A stretch of DNA of 64,000 nucleotides. Source: Euryarchaeota archaeon UBA257. Lineage in GTDB: Archaea; Thermoplasmatota; Poseidoniia; Poseidoniales; Thalassarchaeaceae. The DNA lies in contig DAJO01000037.1 of NCBI GenBank assembly GCA_002498985.1, forward strand, positions 3,356 to 67,355. Reading direction: 5' to 3'. A model generated the notes under the pieces. That model was not told the DNA's origin, did no database searches, and saw only the letters and a program-made list of their open reading frames with translations. This document shows, one piece after another, positions 56,295 to 64,000 of this stretch; the first letter of the stretch is position 1, and each line of letters opens with the position of its first letter. The translations under genes were made by a program, and so were the position numbers.

Positions 56295-56903
56295 ATGGAA
56301 GATACGGACATCGATGAAGAAGTATTTGATGCAGCAGTATGTCCTGAATGTACAAAAATGACGGAGCATGAGATTCTAAGGAGAAACGTTAAGGGAAATG
56401 GAGAAGATTTGTTGGTCAGGTGTGTGATTTGTAGTAACGTACATAATTTACAATTAAGGCCACCGAAATCAGTATTTATCAAAACTACATTATCTGATAG
56501 AATGGATAGCGAATTGTCATTAATTGAAGCGGATGAAGATGAAGAAATTGTCAAAGAGGATTACTTCCAACACCAAGAACAAACCTATAGAATTACAAGA
56601 ATAGAAGATTCAACATCTAGAGAATGTATATCTCTTAATGCAGGAGAAATATCTGCAATGTGGGCAGTGAGAGTAGATAGGACGATAGTGCCAATCACCA
56701 TGACTGAAGGTGAAATAAGCGTACCAAGCAGCATAGAATGTGAACCTGACAGAATTTTTTCTTGTGGCGCTATAATGCAAATGAATGGAAGAAGATGGAG
56801 GATCAGAGCTCTCCATACAGGTAAGGGAAGAACACTCAATGGAAAGAGAATCGCCAGTGAGATTAGAAGAATCTACTTACATGTTCCAGATGATCATAAT
56901 TAA
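56295..56903 (+). CDS. HVO_0476-family archaeal zinc-finger protein
   Basis: CPEC...EHEIL...VRCVIC..VH followed by two repeated beta domains (RITRIE / RIRALH). Confidence 0.8.
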   Translation: MEDTDIDEEVFDAAVCPECTKMTEHEILRRNVKGNGEDLLVRCVICSNVHNLQLRPPKSVFIKTTLSDRMDSELSLIEADEDEEIVKEDYFQHQEQTYRITRIEDSTSRECISLNAGEISAMWAVRVDRTIVPITMTEGEISVPSSIECEPDRIFSCGAIMQMNGRRWRIRALHTGKGRTLNGKRIASEIRRIYLHVPDDHN

Positions 56904-56919
56904 AATGGTAAAATTTGAT

Positions 56920-57891
56920 TTATCTTCTATTAGTCCAAGGCATGATTATCGTTTTAGTAACATGCCAAGCAATATCTGGATTTTCTCGAATCCTCCTAAC
57001 CCCATACTCATACCATTTAGTACCGTATGGGACATATACTCTAGTCAAATGACCCTCAGACGCTAATTTTCTCCTAAGGTTGCCTCGTACGCCTAGAAGA
57101 AATTGGAATTCATAGCCGGGTCCCTTGCCTGTTCTACTACCCGCAGAATTATTTCTTGAATCCGTATCAACGGTCATATTAATGTCGCTTAGTTTTTCTA
57201 AACTATGATTAATTATGGGAATGTCATGTGAGGCAATGGCAGTGTAGCAACCCATTTCTAACATTAAATCTATGCATTCATTTGTTGAATCCACTATTTC
57301 CTGATATTTAGTATAAGAAATATCTCCGGATTCCAGATAAATACCTTTACAAATTCTAAAGTCTGCAAGAGAACCTAACTTGTTAGATACCTCAGCAATG
57401 TCTTCTTTGGTTCTGAAAAGTCTACCTTGTAAGACAGTTCCGATATTTTCAAAACCCTTCTTTTGCATTTCTAATACAACATCAATAGTTTCTTGAGTGA
57501 CCCTATGATCTTCCATATCCAATCGGACAAAAATGTCATTTAGAGCCGCTTTCTTCATAATCTCCTCAATATTTGATAATGCCACCTCTTTGTCTATCAG
57601 TAATCCCAAAGCAGTAGGTTTCAAAGAAATATTCGCATTGATTTGGTTAGACACTATCAATTCTAAAACTCTAGAATATTCATCTACAAAGTATCTTGCT
57701 TCTCCAATATCATTGATTTCCTCTCCTAAAACATCAATTGTAAAACAAGCATCCTCTTTCGACATATTTTTCATTAAATCTATTGCAGATTCGAGGTTTG
57801 AACCTGCAACATAACGACCCGCTATACGCTTGACTAAAAATTTAGGAGCGATTGGCATCAAGCCAACAATGATTTTCCCTATCGCTCCCAT
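56920..57891 (-). CDS. monofunctional proline dehydrogenase
   Basis: RYVAG, DVLGE, SLKPTALG, RLDMED, RICKGIY, ASHD, EFQFLLG and RVYVPYG..WY.Y..RRIRENP motifs. Confidence 0.93.
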   Translation of the reverse strand: MGAIGKIIVGLMPIAPKFLVKRIAGRYVAGSNLESAIDLMKNMSKEDACFTIDVLGEEINDIGEARYFVDEYSRVLELIVSNQINANISLKPTALGLLIDKEVALSNIEEIMKKAALNDIFVRLDMEDHRVTQETIDVVLEMQKKGFENIGTVLQGRLFRTKEDIAEVSNKLGSLADFRICKGIYLESGDISYTKYQEIVDSTNECIDLMLEMGCYTAIASHDIPIINHSLEKLSDINMTVDTDSRNNSAGSRTGKGPGYEFQFLLGVRGNLRRKLASEGHLTRVYVPYGTKWYEYGVRRIRENPDIAWHVTKTIIMPWTNRR

Positions 57892-57919
57892 ACACGGTCG
57901 AAGAGAATGAAAGATTTGA

Positions 57920-58858
57920 TTATTCTCTTTGGGTGATTTGCTTAGCACGTCTTACTTCAACGCCTAAATCATCTAATTTTTGGATAATTGCCGAGCGTTG
58001 CCATCCCTTGAATGATTTCCTATCCAGATGAGCGAAAATCTTACTTTGAGGGAAAGAAATTCTTGTAGAATCAACTGCACTCTGGATACATTCAGACCAT
58101 GGCCCAGAAGGACTCTCAAATTCATTGTTTTGCTCGAAAATCAAGGAATAGTTTGCAATGATATGCCCTACATTAATTTCTGAGTTCAAAATTACTGCTT
58201 TATGCCTAGGGGCATAATGGCCTCCTCCAAATCCAATCATTATATCTAAATCAGGGTTAAAATATGCCGATTTGCTTCCAAACATTACTAAAACATCAGA
58301 GATTACTTCTGCCCAGCAGTCTGCAACATCTTCTCGACCCCATTCATCTTCTGTTGAGCCAATCTCAATATACAATGTAGGTGTTGTTAGTATTGGTCCG
58401 TGATGAGTGGTTTCTAAAGTTAAATCGAAATCGACATCTAACTTTTTCTTTCTAGCCAAAGTGTTCATTCTCCTAAATAATGATGCGAAATATTTACTTG
58501 GAGGCACTAATAATCCATTTTTACCTCCTGAAATTCCCTCTTCTCCATACGGTAATATTCCTGGAATGCCAATAGCATGCAAAGTCATCGCTGGAGTATT
58601 AGAACGCGAAACATGCCTAGACAAAACTAGAACATCATAAACAGAAAGACCTGTTTGTTTTTTGAATTGTAAATCTATATGATCCGCCATAATATGAATT
58701 TGATCTATAACTAATAGATACACGCTACCACATTCATGAATATAGTAATCTCCTGAAGTTATTGTAAACGGCTTACTCCAACCATCTAAACGCATCATTG
58801 CATCATATAGTGTCATCGATGCAGTATCAGATTTAGAAGCAATAAGGAGTACTCCCAT
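57920..58858 (-). CDS. dtdA: D-aminoacyl-tRNA deacylase (archaeal DTD2)
   Basis: SRH, TLH, LETTHHGP, IEIGSTE and GFGGGHYAP motifs. Confidence 0.93.
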   Translation of the reverse strand: MGVLLIASKSDTASMTLYDAMMRLDGWSKPFTITSGDYYIHECGSVYLLVIDQIHIMADHIDLQFKKQTGLSVYDVLVLSRHVSRSNTPAMTLHAIGIPGILPYGEEGISGGKNGLLVPPSKYFASLFRRMNTLARKKKLDVDFDLTLETTHHGPILTTPTLYIEIGSTEDEWGREDVADCWAEVISDVLVMFGSKSAYFNPDLDIMIGFGGGHYAPRHKAVILNSEINVGHIIANYSLIFEQNNEFESPSGPWSECIQSAVDSTRISFPQSKIFAHLDRKSFKGWQRSAIIQKLDDLGVEVRRAKQITQRE

Positions 58859-58932
58859 GAATCATCCAAGATGGCTTTAATTTTCAACCCTCTGAACCAC
58901 ACCTTGAAACACTGGTCATCATAGGACATAAT

Positions 58933-59835
58933 ATGGAAGATTCGGGGATAGGTTTCGCCCCAATCAAAATTGACTCTGGAAAGAACATCCATGTTATTTC
59001 CGGTGTCTCCGGTCAATTGCTGAAAGTTGATGACCAGCTCAATCGACTCGGTGAGGTTAGCCAACCATTCCCTGCATTGATTACATCAAGTACAATAGTG
59101 AAGGGAAAATGGATTGGAGTATGGGTTGAAAGAGACTTAAGACAGGCGAGAATGGCCGCATTTGACTTAAATGAAGCCTGGAGTGATGGCGAAACAAAAG
59201 CAGAATTAAGAAGTAATAAATTAGATTCTGTCCTGCATCCATCATCTAGTATTTGGTCACAAATACTGGACTCTGAACCGACCGCATTATCAAATGTAGA
59301 AAATTCAATTTGCTTTTCTACGATAAATAGAGGAATATATAGAATAAATGATGAATCAAAAGAAATTTGGAGAGCGGAGATCCCTGAATGGAAACAAATA
59401 TCGAAAATAAATTCATTAGATGAAATAATTGGATTTCTGAACACTGAAGAAGGAACAATATTATTCTCAAAGGCAGGGGGGTTCGCTGTGATAGATGGTA
59501 GTGGCAATATCACCAAAAAGGGCGTATTAAAATTACCAGAGGTAGTTACAGGTGTCCAATACGAGAAAGAGAAAGGATGGTTCATTAAATTGAATGGGAA
59601 ATATTTTGCAACATTATCTAATTTAAGTGACTCTCCAAAAATATACAAAGTTTTAGGCCCTATATATGATGTTAAAAGCATTCAAGAAGATTGGATTTGG
59701 ACTGGTTGGAGACATGATGGGAAACTAAGTAAGGACGGCTCAATTATTATGGAATCAAGAGAAAATATTGGCATTGGCATCGTTGGTGACAATGTCCTTA
59801 CAAATGATGGGGAATGGGAAAAAATAAGAATTTAA
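58933..59835 (+). CDS. hypothetical beta-rich (possibly propeller) protein
   Basis: 300-aa ORF filling the gap, Trp-rich short strands, no clear motif. Confidence 0.7.
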   Translation: MEDSGIGFAPIKIDSGKNIHVISGVSGQLLKVDDQLNRLGEVSQPFPALITSSTIVKGKWIGVWVERDLRQARMAAFDLNEAWSDGETKAELRSNKLDSVLHPSSSIWSQILDSEPTALSNVENSICFSTINRGIYRINDESKEIWRAEIPEWKQISKINSLDEIIGFLNTEEGTILFSKAGGFAVIDGSGNITKKGVLKLPEVVTGVQYEKEKGWFIKLNGKYFATLSNLSDSPKIYKVLGPIYDVKSIQEDWIWTGWRHDGKLSKDGSIIMESRENIGIGIVGDNVLTNDGEWEKIRI

Positions 59836-60015
59836 TTATTCTTCTTCATCGTTTGAATTATAGCCACATTTACCACAAGATTTTCGATCTTTATGGATAG
59901 CCAAGAATACACCAGGGCCACATCCTGGTTCAGGACAGAATTCCGCACGAACTAATTTATCACCATCTATCTTATATTTTGACCACTTAGATTGTGGATT
60001 AGGTCCTTCTGCCAT
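59836..60015 (-). CDS. rps27ae: 30S ribosomal protein S27ae (eS31); missing from the ORF track
   Basis: [59 protein letters not shown]. Start overlaps the rps24e stop (TAATG), in the canonical operon position. Confidence 0.95.
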   Translation of the reverse strand: MAEGPNPQSKWSKYKIDGDKLVRAEFCPEPGCGPGVFLAIHKDRKSCGKCGYNSNDEEE

Positions 60016-60320
60016 TATTCATCTCCTCCTGTATCTTTTTGTGGACGTGCTTTTTCATGCCTGTCAACAATGAATTTTGGTTCTAGTGAAGCTGTTTCTT
60101 CCGAATCGTATACTAATGCAATTCCAGTAGTTAATGGTCTTCCAAACCTAGTATTTACATTCTTTACAAAAACTAGTTCTTTTTTCGAACCGGGTTCTGC
60201 TTTCGCTGCGGCGGTAATCATTTCCGAAAGCGTAGGTGTAGGGAGATTTTCGTGGTTCCATTCAAAGGTTAGTTCAACACGACCAAGTAGTGGGTTTTCT
60301 TTTCTTTCAATTATTTGCAT
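60015..60320 (-). CDS. rps24e: 30S ribosomal protein S24e
   Basis: [22 protein letters not shown] and EPKF motifs; SD GGAGG. Confidence 0.95.
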   Translation of the reverse strand: MQIIERKENPLLGRVELTFEWNHENLPTPTLSEMITAAAKAEPGSKKELVFVKNVNTRFGRPLTTGIALVYDSEETASLEPKFIVDRHEKARPQKDTGGDE

Positions 60321-60332
60321 ATTTTTTCCTCC

Positions 60333-60551
60333 TTATCTTATATTTACCTTCAGAGCATAAGCGCCTGGATCCTCTATATTCAGCCTTTTTGCAACTTCAG
60401 ATCTTTCAGGGTTAAGGATAATTACATAACCTTGCCAATCAGTAGTTACTGGAGCATTAGGGCACCATTTACAATTAACTGGATCCTTTTTATTTTCTGG
60501 ATCGGGGAGAATACGATTACATTCCCCACAAGCAAATGGTTGCTTAGCCAT
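60333..60551 (-). CDS. spt4: transcription elongation factor Spt4 (RpoE'')
   Basis: ACGEC...CKWC, TTDWQGYVIILNPERSEVAKRLNI..PGAYALKV. Real start is MAKQ at 60551, after SD AGGA. Confidence 0.95.
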   Translation of the reverse strand: MAKQPFACGECNRILPDPENKKDPVNCKWCPNAPVTTDWQGYVIILNPERSEVAKRLNIEDPGAYALKVNIR

Positions 60552-60552
60552 T

Positions 60553-61101
60553 TTAATCCTGCTCCTGAATCCAAGAATATGCTCCAAGCCCATCCATTTT
60601 ACAATTTAATCCAATTTTACTTGCTCGTGGGTCATTCTGATTGATTGCTTTAGAAACTACACGTGAACGGATATAAGAGCCCTCTTCTAAGTATTTACCA
60701 CTAGAAGAACCCTCAATTCTTTTAACCCCTAAGTTTACGTTAATAGGTTCATCAAGAATTTGAGATTTATGTAATAATGCCTCCATTGGTCCTATCCTTA
60801 CGAACGCTCCATATTCTGAAATCTCAGATGCATAACCATCTACAACTTCATTATTTTCCATGTTGAAGAGTAAAGCCTTGAACTTTACTCGTTGATAAAT
60901 TGCTCCATCTCCGTGAATAATTTTTCCACGGCCTAAAGGCTCATGATCGAATGTTAAAACAGTATAATTTTCATCGGGATCAAAACGCCCCTCAAATGCA
61001 TCATTTGCTAATTCATCGATATGATCGACTAAGTTACGTCCTGCACGGATATACTCTGCAGGTATTCTTATTGTATCTTCGCGTGTGACTATGCTGTACA
61101 T
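60553..61101 (-). CDS. rpoE1: DNA-directed RNA polymerase subunit Rpo7 (E')
   Basis: EDTIRIP, GKIIHGDGAIY, YGAFVRIGPMEALLHKSQI and KIGL..KMDGLG...WI motifs; SD GGAGG. Confidence 0.96.
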   Translation of the reverse strand: MYSIVTREDTIRIPAEYIRAGRNLVDHIDELANDAFEGRFDPDENYTVLTFDHEPLGRGKIIHGDGAIYQRVKFKALLFNMENNEVVDGYASEISEYGAFVRIGPMEALLHKSQILDEPINVNLGVKRIEGSSSGKYLEEGSYIRSRVVSKAINQNDPRASKIGLNCKMDGLGAYSWIQEQD

Positions 61102-61106
61102 CTTTT

Positions 61107-61222
61107 TTCCTCCATTTAACGGACTGCTCCGAGGTTTGTCGGAGGAAGGCAGAAGACCCCCCGTCCCTCATCGGCAAAGCCTCCAGAGGAGAAGTCCGTT
61201 GAACCGCCGACTTACCACTCCT
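61107..61222 (-). promoter_or_regulatory. structured GC-rich 5' leader RNA of the rpoE1 operon (candidate translational switch)
   Basis: Nested helices AACGGACU/AGUCCGUU, CUCC/GGAG, GAGG/CCUC, UUUG/CAAA and GAGGGA/UUCCUC. An anti-SD UUCCUCCG is complementary to the SD region UGGAGGAA. Confidence 0.6.
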
Positions 61223-61356
61223 GTATAAGCACAACGGATGATTAATGACTTCGGAAAATAGGATTTACCTTACAGACCATAGGTCTGGATGATAGTTTAG
61301 TGCGAATGTTCAAGTGGGTATTGAAACCCATTTGGACCCTGATGCGAGGGTTCACT

Positions 61357-64000
61357 ATGTCAAATCAATCGAACAAAGTTACAATTTGTTTGATTATGAC
61401 AGGTCTTTTAGTATTAATGCCACATTCAGGATTCTTAGCAAATTATGATAATAGTCACGAGGAAATTGAAAATAAATCTGCAGAATCATATTCATTAAAC
61501 TTTGAAGGAGTATGGATGGGTGGAGAGCAACCATGGCCTCAATCAGGTAAAACACCAGGCAGGGAATCTACTCCCCCCTCACATTCACCTGATGGTGGCG
61601 CAGGGATAGAATCGCCGGAAAATAATTCTGAATTATTATCTATAGTTAATCCTGTAATAAACTGGCAATACAGTAACTATGCGTTCTCAACTGATGCATT
61701 AGCAACACCTGTAGCCGACTTATCTGCATCAATAATTTCAGATGAAGAATCTTTGGAAAGATGTGGTGGCGATTCACTATTTGTGATAATTATTCAAACT
61801 GAAGATGTAGGAGGAGCACCTCACAGTTTTCTGAAAATTATTGAAGGAGAAGATGCAGATCTCGCTTGGGAAGTAGATTTGGGAGAAATTACAGATAGTG
61901 GAAGAGATGAAATAAAGGCCTCACCAGTAGTTGTTGATTTGGATTTTGACGGAAAACAAGAAATTATCGTATCTTATGATTTGAGTGGGACTTTCTATGT
62001 TAAAGCATTCTCACCAGAATTAATTTGTTCAGTTACAGGTTGGTCTCCTGGTGGGAGTCATGTGACTGAATTATTGTGGACTTATTCGGATTCGACATTA
62101 ATGATTGGAAGTGATGAGGGACCATACGTAGGAACTACTCGCGGAGGACACAAGCCAACCACTCAACCATTGCTAGCAGATTTAGATTTAGATGGTTCCG
62201 CTGAATTAGTGCTATCATTAATCGAAAAAAATAGTGATGAACCGGTAATCTTAGCTTTGGACATAACTGGGACTTCTGCTACCTCATTGTGGGAAAAAAC
62301 GTTGGATAAAGGAACACATCCCTCAGACCCTACATTTGTTCAAACTGATGAAAATACTGCCTTTATTTTACTAACATCTGTTCAAAGTTCGACAAGTGCA
62401 ATGTGGTTGTGGAAATTAGATGCTTCAGATGGTGATTCGAATTGGGATGGCAAATCATTAGATAATCTGAACGGTTTCGATTCTAATGTCCCACATATCA
62501 GACTCCCCGGCCCGGTCATTGCAAATCTTGATTCAGATATTGCCATGGAGTTAGTAGTAACCATTCCTTCTGATTTCGACGAAAATGGCGCCGCGTATGG
62601 AGCAGAATACTATGGCTTAGAAATCAGCGATGGGACTGAAATTTGGGATTTTGAGGCATCTAACGGATATGCTGATTCTGCACCAATCGTTATTGACACT
62701 GATGATGATGGAGACCATGACAGAGTTTGCTGGATCACATGGACAGTTTCAGGGATACTGGAAACAAATTTTGATGGATTTGCAGGATGTCATGATGGGA
62801 CTGATGGTTCTAATCCTCAACAAGCATGGAGTATTGAAATATTGGAACCGCAGGGTGCATTTAATGATGGGATAGCTGTATCATCGCCAATTTGGATGGA
62901 TATAGATAATTCAAATGAACCAGAATTAATTGTTCCTTACGGTACTGAAGTCAGAGCATTTGATGGAGAACTCGGCACTATGGCTGGCGTGAATTCGGAT
63001 TGGAATAATCCAATTGCAATTAATCATAGAGTTTGGTCGTCACCATCATTAGCAGATATTGATGGAGATGCAACACTAGATTTAATCCTAGGAGATACAG
63101 TAATTTCTCATGAAATTGCTGATATCAGACCTCAATTAGATGGTAGAAGTATAGAATTTAGCCCTGTAGCTCCAGATCCTGGTGAAACTGTCACTATCAC
63201 AGTTTCATTTGAAAATGCAGGAACTGCTGAAACAGACGAAGATTCAGATGTAATTCTATATGCTGATAATGAAATAATAGCACAAGAGAAGTTTGGAAAT
63301 ATGCAACCAGTTGACCCTACAGGTTCGGGTTCTTTATCGACATTCAATGTAGAATGGTCAGGAAATCTTGGCGAGCATGAATTTAAACTAGTTTTAGATC
63401 CTTACAGAAATATTACACAATCAAGATATGACAATGATATTCAAATTACCACATTAAATATTGTTAATCCGTATAACGCTAGTTTTGAGATACCAACAGA
63501 ACCAACTGTAGTCACACCGGGTGAAAGTTCATTATTTACGCCAAATATTCGTTCAACTGGAAGACTGGCAGGAGTTTGGAGCCTGTCAGTAGAAGATACA
63601 AATTTACCAAATGGATGGGCATGGAGTGACGAAACTTCTGGCGGTATTGAATCTATAGAAATAGGAGTAGGAGAGGTATGGACTCCAAGTCTGAGAATAC
63701 ATGCACCGAGTGATGCATTGGGTTCCGACTCGGGTTATTTGACGCTATCACTTACCCTAGATGATGATAATAATGTTTCAATTTCTGCACTTGCAGCAGT
63801 AGAGGCTAATAGGACAAGAGGGCTCTCTATTAGAGGACCAGATGGTACAGCGAATACTCTAGGATATGGCTTGACTGGAGAATATGCAGAAGCATGGATA
63901 CTGATTCATAATCTTGGAAATGCATTAGAAAACCAAATTATTATGTCATGGGATTCAACTACATGGGGCAATGACCTGAAATTATTTGATTTAGAAGGAA
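61357..64000 (+). CDS. large secreted FG-GAP/VCBS beta-propeller + CARDB protein, 3'-truncated; missing from the ORF track
   Basis: ATG at 61357 with the frame open to the window end (MSNQSNKVTICLIMTGLLVLMP...). Repeats DLDFDGKQEI, DLDLDGSAEL, DTDDDGDHD and DIDGDATLDL, then CARDB-like PDPGETVTITVSFENAG. Confidence 0.88.
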   Translation, partial: MSNQSNKVTICLIMTGLLVLMPHSGFLANYDNSHEEIENKSAESYSLNFEGVWMGGEQPWPQSGKTPGRESTPPSHSPDGGAGIESPENNSELLSIVNPVINWQYSNYAFSTDALATPVADLSASIISDEESLERCGGDSLFVIIIQTEDVGGAPHSFLKIIEGEDADLAWEVDLGEITDSGRDEIKASPVVVDLDFDGKQEIIVSYDLSGTFYVKAFSPELICSVTGWSPGGSHVTELLWTYSDSTLMIGSDEGPYVGTTRGGHKPTTQPLLADLDLDGSAELVLSLIEKNSDEPVILALDITGTSATSLWEKTLDKGTHPSDPTFVQTDENTAFILLTSVQSSTSAMWLWKLDASDGDSNWDGKSLDNLNGFDSNVPHIRLPGPVIANLDSDIAMELVVTIPSDFDENGAAYGAEYYGLEISDGTEIWDFEASNGYADSAPIVIDTDDDGDHDRVCWITWTVSGILETNFDGFAGCHDGTDGSNPQQAWSIEILEPQGAFNDGIAVSSPIWMDIDNSNEPELIVPYGTEVRAFDGELGTMAGVNSDWNNPIAINHRVWSSPSLADIDGDATLDLILGDTVISHEIADIRPQLDGRSIEFSPVAPDPGETVTITVSFENAGTAETDEDSDVILYADNEIIAQEKFGNMQPVDPTGSGSLSTFNVEWSGNLGEHEFKLVLDPYRNITQSRYDNDIQITTLNIVNPYNASFEIPTEPTVVTPGESSLFTPNIRSTGRLAGVWSLSVEDTNLPNGWAWSDETSGGIESIEIGVGEVWTPSLRIHAPSDALGSDSGYLTLSLTLDDDNNVSISALAAVEANRTRGLSIRGPDGTANTLGYGLTGEYAEAWILIHNLGNALENQIIMSWDSTTWGNDLKLFDLEG

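Noticed and set aside
61118-61200. The hairpin as a SECIS element, SRP RNA, tRNA, or the 66-aa ORF 61034..61234
   Set aside because: No apical AAR or archaeal SECIS GAA/A motif and no UGA-interrupted gene nearby; no SRP GNAR/helix-8 motif or cloverleaf. The ORF overlaps rpoE1 out of frame and lacks protein-like features.
1892-63347. Numerous 60-220 aa ORF-track entries antisense to or nested in long genes (e.g. 59013..59681, 54597..55136, 28959..29393, 26163..26570)
   Set aside because: These are shadow ORFs rich in Ser/Ile/Pro/Phe, as expected from the reverse complement of Asp/Glu/Gly-rich genes, with no motifs or ribosome-binding sites.

Overview
An AT-rich, gene-dense chromosomal segment of a euryarchaeon, most likely Marine Group II / Ca. 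Poseidoniales. That lineage call is an inference from archaeal information genes (rpoE1-spt4-rps24e-rps27ae, archaeal-type AlaRS, DtdA, RtcB/archease, CarS, AglB) occurring with bacterial-type DnaJ and proline dehydrogenase and many giant acidic surface proteins. About half the window encodes very large secreted or membrane-anchored proteins: two with DxDxDG Ca-binding repeats, a beta-helix/Ig protein, a 2386-aa mosaic adhesin-like protein, a truncated FG-GAP/CARDB protein, and a 3168-aa AglB/STT3 with a large extracellular stalk. Two tRNAs (Thr-GGT, Ser-GGA) and three CDSs absent from the supplied ORF track (rps27ae, a 56-aa protein, the terminal FG-GAP gene) were found by reading the sequence. 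No CRISPR array, rRNA, integrase or transposase was seen. The best candidate for an undescribed system is a GC-rich ~120-nt structured leader upstream of rpoE1. It has a long hairpin, a K-turn-like motif and an anti-Shine-Dalgarno alternative fold, suggesting a translational RNA switch over an RNA polymerase/ribosomal protein operon. Other notable items are the doubly anchored giant AglB, a pyroglutamyl peptidase-NUDIX fusion, prodomain-less membrane subtilases, an AlaRS that has lost its zinc ligands, and 5' hairpins on surface-protein genes. All folds and family calls were made by eye, with no database searches.
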